From positions 192,001-256,000 of the forward strand of contig CAWAXX010000014.1 of the NCBI GenBank assembly GCA_963786105.1: 64,000 nucleotides of DNA, written 5' to 3'. Each line of letters starts with the position of its first letter. Positions within the stretch are counted from its first letter, which is position 1. The notes beneath the pieces are model-generated. The model was not told the DNA's origin and did not search any database. It worked only from the letters and a program-made list of their open reading frames with translations. The DNA comes from Vulcanimicrobiota bacterium (GTDB lineage: Bacteria; Vulcanimicrobiota; Vulcanimicrobiia; Vulcanimicrobiales; Vulcanimicrobiaceae). The translations under genes and the position numbers were made by a program. Below are positions 9,430 through 18,796 of this stretch, piece by piece.

Positions 9430-10123
9430 TCGTCGCGCGTCCTTCGCATGAAATGCCGCCGCCGCAGACGGCCGGATCCCAGCTGGCATCGGCAAGCAAG
9501 GATTCGATGCGAGATTCGAGCTGCGGATCCACGTCCGGTTCGAACACGACGCGCTTGGTCCGTCCGTCTTCGCCTACGGTTACCAGCAGCGTTACGTGCA
9601 CGCCGAACGAATCGAGCTGTTTGCGGATCCCGGGATCGAGGACCGGATCCGGCTGTTCCGCCCCAAACGGCAGGTAGCCGCCCTTATCGCGGCCGACCGT
9701 GCTCGCAACCGCACGCGCTGCGGGTGAGGCGCTGGCCTGTGGAGCGGCTTCGCCGGAGGCCGTACCGTTGCCGGCGCGCGAGGCTGCGGCCACCGACGGC
9801 GCGGTCGATTCGCGGTACGAGACGGCCGGCGGCGGCGACGAAACGCGGTGCATCGCCGTGTGCGCGAGTTCTAGCCGGGTGGTCTCCGAGATTTTCGTTT
9901 CGCTGCTGCGATGGGGCGCCGCCGCGCGGGGCTGCGGCCGCGGCGGTTCGCGCCGCTGAATCTCGATGCGCGCGACGCGCGTAAAGGTGATCGTCTCGAC
10001 GGGGGCCGCCGAGGTCACGGTCCAAGCGAGCGCCGGAATAAGCAGGGCCGCGAGCGCGTGGAAACCCAGTGAGGCGAGCATGGCTCGTCCCATGAATCCG
10101 CGCGAAGCGGTCGATGCTACCAT
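9419..10123 (-). CDS. TonB-like membrane-anchored protein
   Basis: N-terminal TM with SxxxH (SLGFH), Pro/Ala-rich linker and TonB-C-like VTLLVTVGEDG. GGAGGA RBS upstream. Confidence 0.6.
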   Translation of the reverse strand: MVASTASRGFMGRAMLASLGFHALAALLIPALAWTVTSAAPVETITFTRVARIEIQRREPPRPQPRAAAPHRSSETKISETTRLELAHTAMHRVSSPPPAVSYRESTAPSVAAASRAGNGTASGEAAPQASASPAARAVASTVGRDKGGYLPFGAEQPDPVLDPGIRKQLDSFGVHVTLLVTVGEDGRTKRVVFEPDVDPQLESRIESLLADASWDPAVCGGGISCEGRATIKL

Positions 10124-10193
10124 CGTTTCCTCCGGACCGTCTCTTCGCTCCCAACGCGCAACCACCCCGGCACGTGACGGTTTGATGGCGAGG

Positions 10194-10448
10194 ATGCCCG
10201 ACTCCGCCATCGTCCTCTACCAAACCGGCTGGTGCGGCTACTGCGAGCGCGTGCGCGACGCGCTAAACGACCTCACGCTCGAATACGAGATCGTCAACGT
10301 TCCCGACGACCACGCTAAGCGTGCGGTCGTAAAGGCGATCTTCGGCGTGACCGGCGTGCCGTCGATGACCGACGGCGACGTAAAAATCGCCGACGACGAC
10401 GACGCAATTATTTCCTATCTCCAAGAGAAATACGGCGCGAAGAAGTAG
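10194..10448 (+). CDS. Glutaredoxin/GST-N-like protein
   Basis: CGYC active site, GVP motif and IISYLQEKY. Confidence 0.85.
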   Translation: MPDSAIVLYQTGWCGYCERVRDALNDLTLEYEIVNVPDDHAKRAVVKAIFGVTGVPSMTDGDVKIADDDDAIISYLQEKYGAKK

Positions 10449-10455
10449 CTTGATA

Positions 10456-10541
10456 TGTCATCCTGAGCGAAGTCGCCGCTCGTCATCTGAGCGGAGGCGC
10501 GCTTCGACTGCGCGCCTAGCGGCGCTCCGCTTAGGATGACA
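10456..10541. repeat. REP-like palindromic element (TGTCATCCTGAGCG...CGCTTAGGATGACA)
   Basis: 13/14 terminal inverted match. The same unit recurs at 22428-22471 and 25074-25145. Lies between convergent genes. Confidence 0.8.
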
Positions 10542-10549
10542 AGGGGCGT

Positions 10550-10912
10550 TTACGAACGCAGGATCACGCGGTTGGCGATGAACGTGCCGTCGCTGTAGTA
10601 GCCGACGAGCGCGACGCGCTCGCCGGGAGCCGGCGTTGAGCCGTTCGGGTAGATCAGGGTTCCGTTCTTGAGGTCGACGGTCTGGACGATGCCGTTACGC
10701 CGATGCACGGTTAAGCGATAGGGCGTGAAATAGGTGACCACCCCGAGCATGACGTGATGGCGGTCGTACCGATCCATATCCCAGTCGGGCTGCCATCTCG
10801 TATATGTGGGATACGGATACGCCTGGGCCACCGCGGGAATCGACATCGACGCGGGAGCGAGCAGAGCGGCGAGCGCTAGACTCGCGACGGTTATGCGTTT
10901 GAACAGTATCAT
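10550..10912 (-). CDS. Secreted hypothetical protein (possible small beta-barrel, DUF5666-like)
   Basis: Signal peptide ending in AVA-QA, followed by a beta-rich domain. Alternative start at 10930. Confidence 0.6.
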   Translation of the reverse strand: MILFKRITVASLALAALLAPASMSIPAVAQAYPYPTYTRWQPDWDMDRYDRHHVMLGVVTYFTPYRLTVHRRNGIVQTVDLKNGTLIYPNGSTPAPGERVALVGYYSDGTFIANRVILRS

Positions 10913-10960
10913 GTCGCTTCGGGTACCCATTTCGCGCGGGCCACTAAACGAAGAGGAAGG

Positions 10961-11599
10961 TTAGAGTTCGGCTCCCCAGGCGTCCCATTTCGGAACGCGG
11001 GTTCGTGCGAACAGCTCGATGCGCGGCCGGTCGCCGCACAAACGCTCGATGAGTTCGCGAAATATCGCGGGCTTCTCGCTGTGCGCGCCCCGCGGATGCA
11101 GCACGACTTGGGGTTGCGCGAGATCGAGAATTGGAAAGGGGCGGCCGGTCGGCGTGGTAGTTGCGGCGAGTAACAGCTCCGTCGTCGGCTTGGTGAACGT
11201 CGGCATCACGCCCTGTCCGGCGATGATCTCGCCGCGTTTGTTGACTTTTACCCAGACGTACGCGACGCCGCGGTAATGCAGTCCCCACGCTTCGATGAGT
11301 TTGATCGCGAACTGCAAGCGCGGACAGGTCGCCCAGACGAATGCGGCCGCGCGCTTATTGAGAATCCGGCGCACGTCGAGCCCCGCCAGCTGATCGAGCG
11401 ACATCAACGGATAGTGCTTGCCGGCGGCGGCGTCTTTCGTCGGGCTGCCGTAGTACTGCCACGGTGGATCGACGTAGGCGATGTCGTAGCGAGCGTCGGG
11501 GAGCGGCGGAAGCACGGCGTGCGGCTTGGCTTCGGATCGTTTGCTCAAGCGTCGCAGATGCGCGACGTTCTTGGGTGAATAGCGGCGCGGCGTCGTCAT
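10961..11599 (-). CDS. MT-A70 family adenine-N6 methyltransferase (orphan)
   Basis: YDIAYVDPPW catalytic motif, HYPLMS, FVWAT, WGLHY, HSEKP and RIELFAR...WDAWG. ATG 11599 overlaps the DUF92 stop (ATGA). Confidence 0.9.
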   Translation of the reverse strand: MTTPRRYSPKNVAHLRRLSKRSEAKPHAVLPPLPDARYDIAYVDPPWQYYGSPTKDAAAGKHYPLMSLDQLAGLDVRRILNKRAAAFVWATCPRLQFAIKLIEAWGLHYRGVAYVWVKVNKRGEIIAGQGVMPTFTKPTTELLLAATTTPTGRPFPILDLAQPQVVLHPRGAHSEKPAIFRELIERLCGDRPRIELFARTRVPKWDAWGAEL

Positions 11600-12378
11600 G
11601 GAAACGTTGCAAAGGCCGCCATCGATCCGGCGACGACGGCGCCGGCGAGGGTTGCGGCCAGATTGACCGCATCGTTCTCGAGCCATCCGAACCCGCGGCG
11701 CAACGCCGTCGGCGAGCCGCAGCGGTGCGGATTGGTTTCGCACGCGCGCAGGCACTGCGGACACCATCGCTCGGCCTGCAACGTCGCGCCGATCAGCGAG
11801 TCGAGAAACGCTCCGGCAACGCCGCCTGCCGCTACCGGCCAGAAGGCTGCGACGGCGGCGAACTTCGAAGCGCCGGCAACGAACGCGGCGCCGGCGATGG
11901 TTGCTAACGTTCCGGCCAGCGTGATGCCGCCCGAAAGCCCGGCCGGAACGGGGCGAAACGTGCGCAACGAGCGCGGCGCCGCACGCGAGAGCGTTCCGAT
12001 CTCCGTGCCCCACGTGTCGGCCGCCGCCGCAGCAAACGCGCCCGAAAAAGCCGCCGCAAGTGCCGCTCCGCCGTGCGCGGCCAGCAGCGCGCAAAGTGCC
12101 GCAACGCCGCCGTTGGCAAACACTTGCCTCGCGTCGCGCGGTCCGCGCTTTCCGGAATCGTCGAGGAGACGTTTGCGGGCGCGTCCCAGCCGCGACAGAA
12201 GCGTCGACGGAATGAAGAACGCGAGGAGTACCAGCGCCCCGCGCCAGCCGGTAGCGCCGAAAACGATCGCTCCGACGACGAAAGCGGCAGCGGCGCCGCC
12301 GGCGGTAAGCGCGCGAGCGCGATACGTCACCAACGCGACGACCGCCGCCAAGGCCGTGCCAAGCAATACTCCGGTCAC
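11596..12378 (-). CDS. DUF92 (TMEM19/VTE6-like) membrane protein
   Basis: RDARQVFANGG, AAADTWGTEIG, GLSGGIT, DSLIGATLQ and NDAVN motifs, plus a CPQC insert. GTG 12378 overlaps the upstream stop. Confidence 0.88.
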   Translation of the reverse strand: MTGVLLGTALAAVVALVTYRARALTAGGAAAAFVVGAIVFGATGWRGALVLLAFFIPSTLLSRLGRARKRLLDDSGKRGPRDARQVFANGGVAALCALLAAHGGAALAAAFSGAFAAAAADTWGTEIGTLSRAAPRSLRTFRPVPAGLSGGITLAGTLATIAGAAFVAGASKFAAVAAFWPVAAGGVAGAFLDSLIGATLQAERWCPQCLRACETNPHRCGSPTALRRGFGWLENDAVNLAATLAGAVVAGSMAAFATFP

Positions 12379-13897
12379 GAAAAGTGCGCTTCGAGGGCGA
12401 TAATGAGTCCTTGGGTCGTAAAGGTGTCGGCGACGACGTCCACCTGCAGGCCGGCTTCGCGCGCGGCCTCGGCGGTGATCGGGCCGATGCACGCGATCGT
12501 CTTTTCGCACGCGGCCTCGACTGCACGGGCTTCGCCTTCGAACTGACCGACGAAACCGCGAACGGTGCTCGCGCTGGTAAAGGTCAGAACGTCGGCGCGC
12601 TCGATTTTGTCGCGGAATTCGGGATCGCTCACGAATGCCGTGCGGTAGGCCGCCACGACGGTCGGTTCCAGTCCGGCGTCCTCCAGCATCTGCGGGAGAA
12701 TATCGCGGGCATCTTGGGCGCGATAGACGAGGATACGGTCGCCGGGGTGCGCCGCCTCGATAAGTGCGCGCGCGATTTCTTCGCTGACGAACTCGGCGGG
12801 AACGATGTCGGGCCGCAATCCGTAGCGCGCCAGGCGCTCCGCCGTCTTGTCGCCAATCGCGGCAACCTTGACGCCTCCCACATAGCGCGCGTCGGCGTCG
12901 AGTGAGGCCAACCGGTCGAAGAATGCGTCTACGCCGTTCGCCGACGTAAATACAACCCACGCATAAGACGAGAGCTCGTCGATGCTTCGGTGAGCTGCCA
13001 GTTGGTCGTCGGGTGGCTCGATGACGATCGTCGGCGCGAGAATGGCTTCGGCACCGCGGCCGCCGAGCGCACGCACGAACTCGCCTGCCTGCTCGGCCGC
13101 CCGCGTGACGAGCACGCGTTTGCCGAAAAGCGGCGTAACGTCGAACCAACGAATGTGCTCGCGCAACTTCACGACGTTGCCGATCACCGCAATCGCCGGT
13201 GCTCCGATGCTTGCGCGCTTCGTCTCTGCGCCGATCGTAGCCAGCGTGCCGACGCAGGTGCGCTGCGTCGGGCGCGTTCCGTCCTGGATGACGGCGACGG
13301 GCGTCGACTCGGCGAGTCCGTGCGCGATCAGCGGCGCACGATCGCGTCGAGGTTGCCGATCGCCATGAGGAGGACGAGCGTCCGGTTGGGATCCGCAAGC
13401 TTCCCCCAATCGAGCGTCGAGGTTTCCTTGGTGGGATCCTCGTGTCCGGTTGCTATGGTGAAGGCGGAGTTGTGCTCTCGATGGGTCACCGGAATGCCCG
13501 CATACGCCGGTGCGGCAAGGGCGGAGCTTATGCCGGGAACGACGTCGAACGTAATGCCCGCTTCGCGCAGCGCCTCGGCTTCTTCGGCGCCCCGCCCGAA
13601 GACGAACGGATCGCCGCCCTTCAAACGCACGACGTGCTTGCCGTCGGTCGCCTGACGCACCATGAGCGATTCGATGTCGTCCTGCGGCATGGCGTGAGCG
13701 CCGCCACGCTTACCGACGAAGATGCGCTCGCAGGCCGTAGGAGCGAGCGCGACGATCGCGTCGCTTACTAACGCGTCGTAAAGGAGGACGTCGGCCGTTT
13801 GCAACGCTTCGGCCGCCCGTAACGTCAGCAGGCCCGGATCGCCCGGGCCTGCGCCGACCAACGATACGCGCGCGCGTCCCGCCTTACTCGTCGACAT
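12375..13897 (-). pseudogene. cobA: Uroporphyrinogen-III C-methyltransferase / uroporphyrinogen-III synthase fusion, frameshifted at about 13331 as assembled
   Basis: LVGAGPGDPGLLT and RLKGGDPFVFGRG (SUMT) continue after a one-base slip into LIAHGL...PLFGKRVLVTR and FTSANGV (HemD). Confidence 0.85.
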
Positions 13898-15215
13898 TGG
13901 CGAGAATCTCGTGCGGAGCCAGGTTGGCGATGTGATCGGCGAGTTCGAGTTCGAAGAGTTCGTCGAGCACGCGCGCGTGGGAAAGCGCTTCGCTCGTGAT
14001 CGATGGTCGCCTTCTGTCGAATCTTCAAGATGACCGAATGCAGCAGCTTCGAGACGATCGTCATCGTCATGCCGGTAATCAGCAGGCGCTCGCGTTCGGT
14101 AAGATCGGGACAGCGGGCGAAGAGCCGCTCGAGTTCGGCGGTGCGAATCGCCTCGGCTTTCTGGGTGAGCGTCTCGATGACCGGAACCGCGATGCGCGAA
14201 TGATACCAGTCTCCGAAGCCGGCAATGTATTCGTCGATGATCTCTTCGACCGCGGGAATCGCGTCGCGCCGAGCGTCGAGTTTCTCGTCGACGACGGATT
14301 TCAACCCGTCGATATCGACGAGCGTGACGTTGGGAATCTCGCCAACCGCCGGATCGGCGTCGCGCGGTACCGCGATGTCGACGACGAACAGCGGACGATC
14401 GGGCCGGCGCGCCATCGCTTCTGCGACGCGCTCGGTGCTGACGATGAAGTGCGACGCACCGGTCGACGTGACGACGAGATCGGCCGCGGCCAGCGCGTCG
14501 ACCAGTCCGGGCAGTTCGAGCGCTTCGCCGAAACCGGCTTCGGCGATCAACTCGCGCGCGCGCGACATCGAACGATTGGTGACGATGACCTTCGCGGCGC
14601 CTTCTTGGCGCAGGCGTTTCACGGCGATCCGCCCCATCTTGCCGGCGCCGATCACGACGACCGACGTGCCTTCCAGGCTGCCGAGATGCGCCTTTGCGGC
14701 TTCGACGGCCGCGGTCGCGATCGAACTCGACTCGTCGCCGATGCGCGTTTGCGAGCGCGCGGTCTTGCCGGCGTTGAGCGCGTCGCGGAAGAGCCGGTGC
14801 AAGATCTTGCCGAGCGACTGCGCGTGCTGCGCTTGAACGTACGCTTCTTTGACTTGGCCTAAGATCTCGGCTTCGCCGATCAGCATCGAATCGAGTCCGG
14901 TCGAAACGCGGAATAGATGCTCGATCGCTTGGCGTCCGAGCAGCGTATAGAGAAACGATTCGATGTCGTACTCAGTCGACCGTGCCCGAAGTTCGTGAGG
15001 AACGATTTGATCTGCGCGACGCCGGCTTCGTAGTCGTCGATTTCGGCGTAGATTTCCAGTCGGCCGCAGGTCTGCAGCATCGCCGCTTCGCGAACGGCTT
15101 CGTAGTCGCGCAGCGCGACGAGCGCCTCGGCCATTCGCGCCGGCGGAAACGCGTGGCGCTCGCGAACTTCGACCGGCGCGGTGTGGTGCGAGAGGCCGAT
15201 GCAGACGATCGGCAT
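13884..15215 (-). pseudogene. hemA: Glutamyl-tRNA reductase, two frameshifts (about 14981 and 13992) as assembled
   Basis: GLSHHTAPVEVRE and TCGRLE in one frame; GLDSMLIGEAEILGQ, GAGKMG and DIAVPRD in the next; C-terminus ARVLDELFEL...NVDE* in a shifted frame. Confidence 0.88.
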
Positions 15216-15943
15216 TAGAAGGTCCCTGCAGTCGCTTCTCCGACTTCGTCGCCGTCGGCAACGAGGTCGAGCGTGAGGCGATGCGTCAGAATCGACATTT
15301 CGCCGGCGAGGTCGATGTTGCGCACGATCACGGGCGCGCGCAGGTGCGAGCGCGATCGGCGCGAAGTTCATGATCGCGCGCACGCCCAGATCGGCGAGCC
15401 GCCGGGCGATCGGCTGCGCGGCTTCGGCGGGAACGGCGATCACGCCGATGTTGCATTCGCGTTCGCGAACGACGCGTTCGATGTCGTCGATGCGTTTCAC
15501 CGTGATGTCCTGCCAGCGTTGACCGATCACCACGGGCGACTGTCGAAGATCGCCGCGATGCGAAATCGCGACTCTCGGGCCGTGATAAACGTTGCGAAAG
15601 CGTGGCCCAGGTAGCCGAAGCCGACGATCGCAATGCGCCAGTCATGTTCCAATCCTAGAACCCAGGCGAGCTGTTCGACAAGCGGATCGATCGCATAGCC
15701 CTGGCCGCGCCGTCCCAAGGGCCCGAGCGCGGAGAGGTCTTTGCGAATCTGGGTGCTCGCGATCGTGTGACCGAGCAGGGCCGCCAGGCCGTGAGACGTG
15801 ATGGTGGTTTTGCCGGCTTCCTGTGCCTGTCGCAGGGCCCGATGGTAGGCATAAAGGCGCGGTATCGAGACGCCGACCAGCGAGGCGAGAGGTGCGCCGG
15901 GCGCCCGCTCGCCGGAGCTTCGCCGAAGGGCCCGGTCGATCAC
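15215..15943 (-). pseudogene. rex: Redox-sensing transcriptional repressor Rex, two frameshifts (about 15537 and 15345) as assembled
   Basis: RLYAYHRAL, QIRKDLS, GRRGQGY, VGFGYLG, then IAVPAEAAQ and IMNFAP, then VRNIDL...TF*. Stop overlaps the hemA ATG (TAATG). Confidence 0.85.
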
Positions 15944-17241
15944 GGCGTCCTCGCCAGGATCTGCGAGAGCGCTGAATCGGCGGCGGCCAGCGTTTGCTCG
16001 ACGTTTCGGGTAGTGTGCGCAGTCGAAACGAAGCCCGCTTCGAACTGCGACGGTGCGAGGTAGATCCCGCGATCGAGCATGGCGTGGAAGTAATTCGCGA
16101 ACAGTTCGGTGTCAGACTTCAGCGCGCTCTCCAAATCCGTTACCGGACCCGGAGTAAAGAACGTCGAGAACATCGATCCGACGTTGGTCGAGTAGTGAGC
16201 GACGCCGTGCTTGGTCATGACCTCGTGAAGACCGTCGACGAGCAAGCCGGTCAGGACTTCGAGCCGGTCGTATATCGTCACGTCGTCGCGCACGATTCGA
16301 AGCGTCGCGATTCCAGCCGCCATCGCCAGCGGATTACCGGACAGGGTCCCCGCTTGATACACCGGACCATCCGGGGAAAGGTACGCCATAACGTCCGCGC
16401 GGCCGCCGAACGCGCCGACCGGAAGGCCGCCGCCGATGACCTTGCCTAGCGTCGTCAAATCCGGAATTACGCCTTCGCGTTCCGCGGCGCCGCCGCGCGC
16501 GACCCGAAAGCCCGTCATCACCTCGTCGAAGATCAGTAAAGCGCCGCTCTTGGTGCATAGTTCGCGCAGATGCCGAAGGTAGCCGGCGCGGGGCAAAACG
16601 AGTCCCATATTTCCCGGATACGGCTCGACGATGACGGCCGCGATTTCGCCCGGGTTGGTTTCGAACGCGTGCGCGACGGCGGCGGCGTCGTTGAACGGTA
16701 GAACGATCGTGTCGCGCGCGATGGCGTCGGTCACCCCCGGCGAGTTGGGCACGCCGTTGGTCAGCGCGCCCGAACCCGCGGCGATCAAAAACGCATCCGC
16801 GTGTCCATGGTAGCAACCGGCGAACTTAACGATCTTCGCGCGGCGAGTAAATCCTCGAGCCAGCCGGATCGCACTCATGGTGGCTTCGGTGCCGCTCGAG
16901 ACGAAACGCAGGCGCTCGATCGTCGGAACCATCGAAACGATCAGTTCGGCGAGTTCGCTCTCGGCTTCGGTCGGCGTGCCGAACGACGTTCCGCGAGCCG
17001 CCGCAGCGGCGATCGCCTTCACCACCGCCGGATGTGCGTGCCCGAGGATCAACGGGCCCCATGAAAGCACGTAGTCGATGTATTCGTGGTCGTCGAGGTC
17101 GTGCAGCATCTCTCCCGCACCGCTCTTCATGAAGACCGGTGACAAACCCACGGCTTTGAAGGCTCTTACGGGCGAGTTTACGCCCCCGGAAATGACGCGC
17201 TTCGCCCGCGCGAACGCTGCAATCGAGCGTTCCAAACTCAC
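15940..17241 (-). CDS. hemL: Glutamate-1-semialdehyde 2,1-aminomutase
   Basis: GGVNSPVRAF, SGTEATMSAIR, FDEVMTGFR and LGKVIGGGLP motifs. Confidence 0.95.
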   Translation of the reverse strand: MSLERSIAAFARAKRVISGGVNSPVRAFKAVGLSPVFMKSGAGEMLHDLDDHEYIDYVLSWGPLILGHAHPAVVKAIAAAAARGTSFGTPTEAESELAELIVSMVPTIERLRFVSSGTEATMSAIRLARGFTRRAKIVKFAGCYHGHADAFLIAAGSGALTNGVPNSPGVTDAIARDTIVLPFNDAAAVAHAFETNPGEIAAVIVEPYPGNMGLVLPRAGYLRHLRELCTKSGALLIFDEVMTGFRVARGGAAEREGVIPDLTTLGKVIGGGLPVGAFGGRADVMAYLSPDGPVYQAGTLSGNPLAMAAGIATLRIVRDDVTIYDRLEVLTGLLVDGLHEVMTKHGVAHYSTNVGSMFSTFFTPGPVTDLESALKSDTELFANYFHAMLDRGIYLAPSQFEAGFVSTAHTTRNVEQTLAAADSALSQILARTP

Positions 17242-17819
17242 CGGGCGATTCTCGCGGCGCGGCGCAAATCTTCGGGCGTATTCACGTTGGTGAAATACGA
17301 CGCGGCAGCGGTTGCGAATCGAGTTCTAAGCCGCTCGACGAGCGCGTGCATCGACGCGTTACCTTGCGCCAGCAACGCGCCCGCCTCGCGCACGAGGGCG
17401 CCACGCAGGTAGAAGGCCGCCAGCGGTTCGATCCGGCCGTCGTGGCGGGGCACGACCGCTTCGTCGCCGGGTTGCCACGCCGCGGCCAGCGCTGCCAGGA
17501 GATCGGCGTCGACGCGCGGTTCGTCGGCGGCCAGCGCGAAGATGCGTTCGTGCCTCAAGGACTCGCAGGCCGAAAGCAGCCCGCGCAGCGGTCCGCCGCC
17601 CGGCCAGCGATCGATCAGCATCGGCGCGGGCAGCTTACCGGCGATTGACGGTGTGAAGCGTTCGCTGCCGGCAATATACACCGGCAGACCGGTGGCGCGC
17701 GCGTTGCGATAGACGCGCATCAAGATCGGCTCGCCGTCGAGTGGGCGCTCGAGTTTTCCGGGAAAGCGTGTCGCCAGACCGCCGGCAAGAATGACGATGG
17801 CGTCATATGCGCCGTTCAC
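17238..17819 (-). CDS. mobA: Molybdenum cofactor guanylyltransferase
   Basis: ILAGGLATRF, GGPLRGL, EPLAAFY and NVNTPEDL motifs. Confidence 0.85.
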   Translation of the reverse strand: MNGAYDAIVILAGGLATRFPGKLERPLDGEPILMRVYRNARATGLPVYIAGSERFTPSIAGKLPAPMLIDRWPGGGPLRGLLSACESLRHERIFALAADEPRVDADLLAALAAAWQPGDEAVVPRHDGRIEPLAAFYLRGALVREAGALLAQGNASMHALVERLRTRFATAAASYFTNVNTPEDLRRAARIAR

Positions 17820-18796
17820 CGCGACTGTCTCGTTACGCGGGCGGCGTATTCTTTGGCGAAATAGGTGATGACGATATCGGCTCCCGCACGCACGAAGGCG
17901 GTGAGCACTTCGTCCGTCGCGCGTTCGCCGTCGAGCCAGCCGTTTGCCGCGGCCGCTTTGATCGCGGCGTACTCGCCGCTAACGTTGAAAACGGCGATTG
18001 GAACGTCGAAGCTGTCGCGCGCCGCGCGGACGACGTCGAGGTAGGGCAAGCCGGGTTTGACCATGACGATATCCGCGCCTTCGTCGATGTCGAGAGCGAT
18101 TTCGCGCAGCGCTTCGCGAACGTTGGGCGGATCCATCTGATACGTGCGCCGATCGCCGGTTTGCGGCGTCGATCCGGCGGCTTCGCGAAACGGGCCGTAG
18201 AACGCCGACGCATACTTCGCGCTATACGCCATGATCGCGACGCCCGTATGGTTGCGCGCGTCCAATGCCGACCGAATGGCGCCGACCCTTCCGTCCATCA
18301 TGTCGGACGGGGCAACGACGTCGACGCCGGCTTCCGCATACGTGACGGCGGTGCGCGCTAAGAGTTCGAGCGTTGCATCGTTGTCGACGTCGCCGCCCGC
18401 GTCGAGGATGCCGCAATGTCCGTGGTCGGTGTATTCGCAGTTGCAGAGATCGGCCACTACAACCATCTCCGGCAACGCCTTCTTGATCGCCCGCGCGCTT
18501 TGCTGCACGACGCCTTGCGGATCGTAGTTGCTCGAAGCGATCGCGTCCTTGTGGGCGGGAATTCCAAAAAGCAGTACGCTTCGAATCCCGAGGGCGACGA
18601 GCTCGCGGGCCTCGCGGACCGCGCCGTCGACCTCCAGGCGCGCGATTCCCGGCATCGACGCAATCGGCCCGGCGTCCGCCGCGCGTTCGGCAACGAACAG
18701 GGGCGCGACCAGCTGGTCGAGTGTCAGCCGGTTCTCGCGAACCAGCGCCCGCATCGCCTCGCCGCGCCGGAGGCGGCGGGGGCGCACCGCGATCAC
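17816..18796 (-). CDS. hemB: Porphobilinogen synthase
   Basis: RPRRLR, DLCNCEYTDHGHCG, APSDMMDG and MVKP motifs. Confidence 0.95.
   Translation of the reverse strand: MIAVRPRRLRRGEAMRALVRENRLTLDQLVAPLFVAERAADAGPIASMPGIARLEVDGAVREARELVALGIRSVLLFGIPAHKDAIASSNYDPQGVVQQSARAIKKALPEMVVVADLCNCEYTDHGHCGILDAGGDVDNDATLELLARTAVTYAEAGVDVVAPSDMMDGRVGAIRSALDARNHTGVAIMAYSAKYASAFYGPFREAAGSTPQTGDRRTYQMDPPNVREALREIALDIDEGADIVMVKPGLPYLDVVRAARDSFDVPIAVFNVSGEYAAIKAAAANGWLDGERATDEVLTAFVRAGADIVITYFAKEYAARVTRQSR

Noticed and set aside
13328..15529. TGA stops at 13328 and 15527 as further selenocysteine codons
   Set aside because: Homology continues in a different frame, the positions are not Cys sites, and there is no SECIS-like hairpin. 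These are frameshifts.
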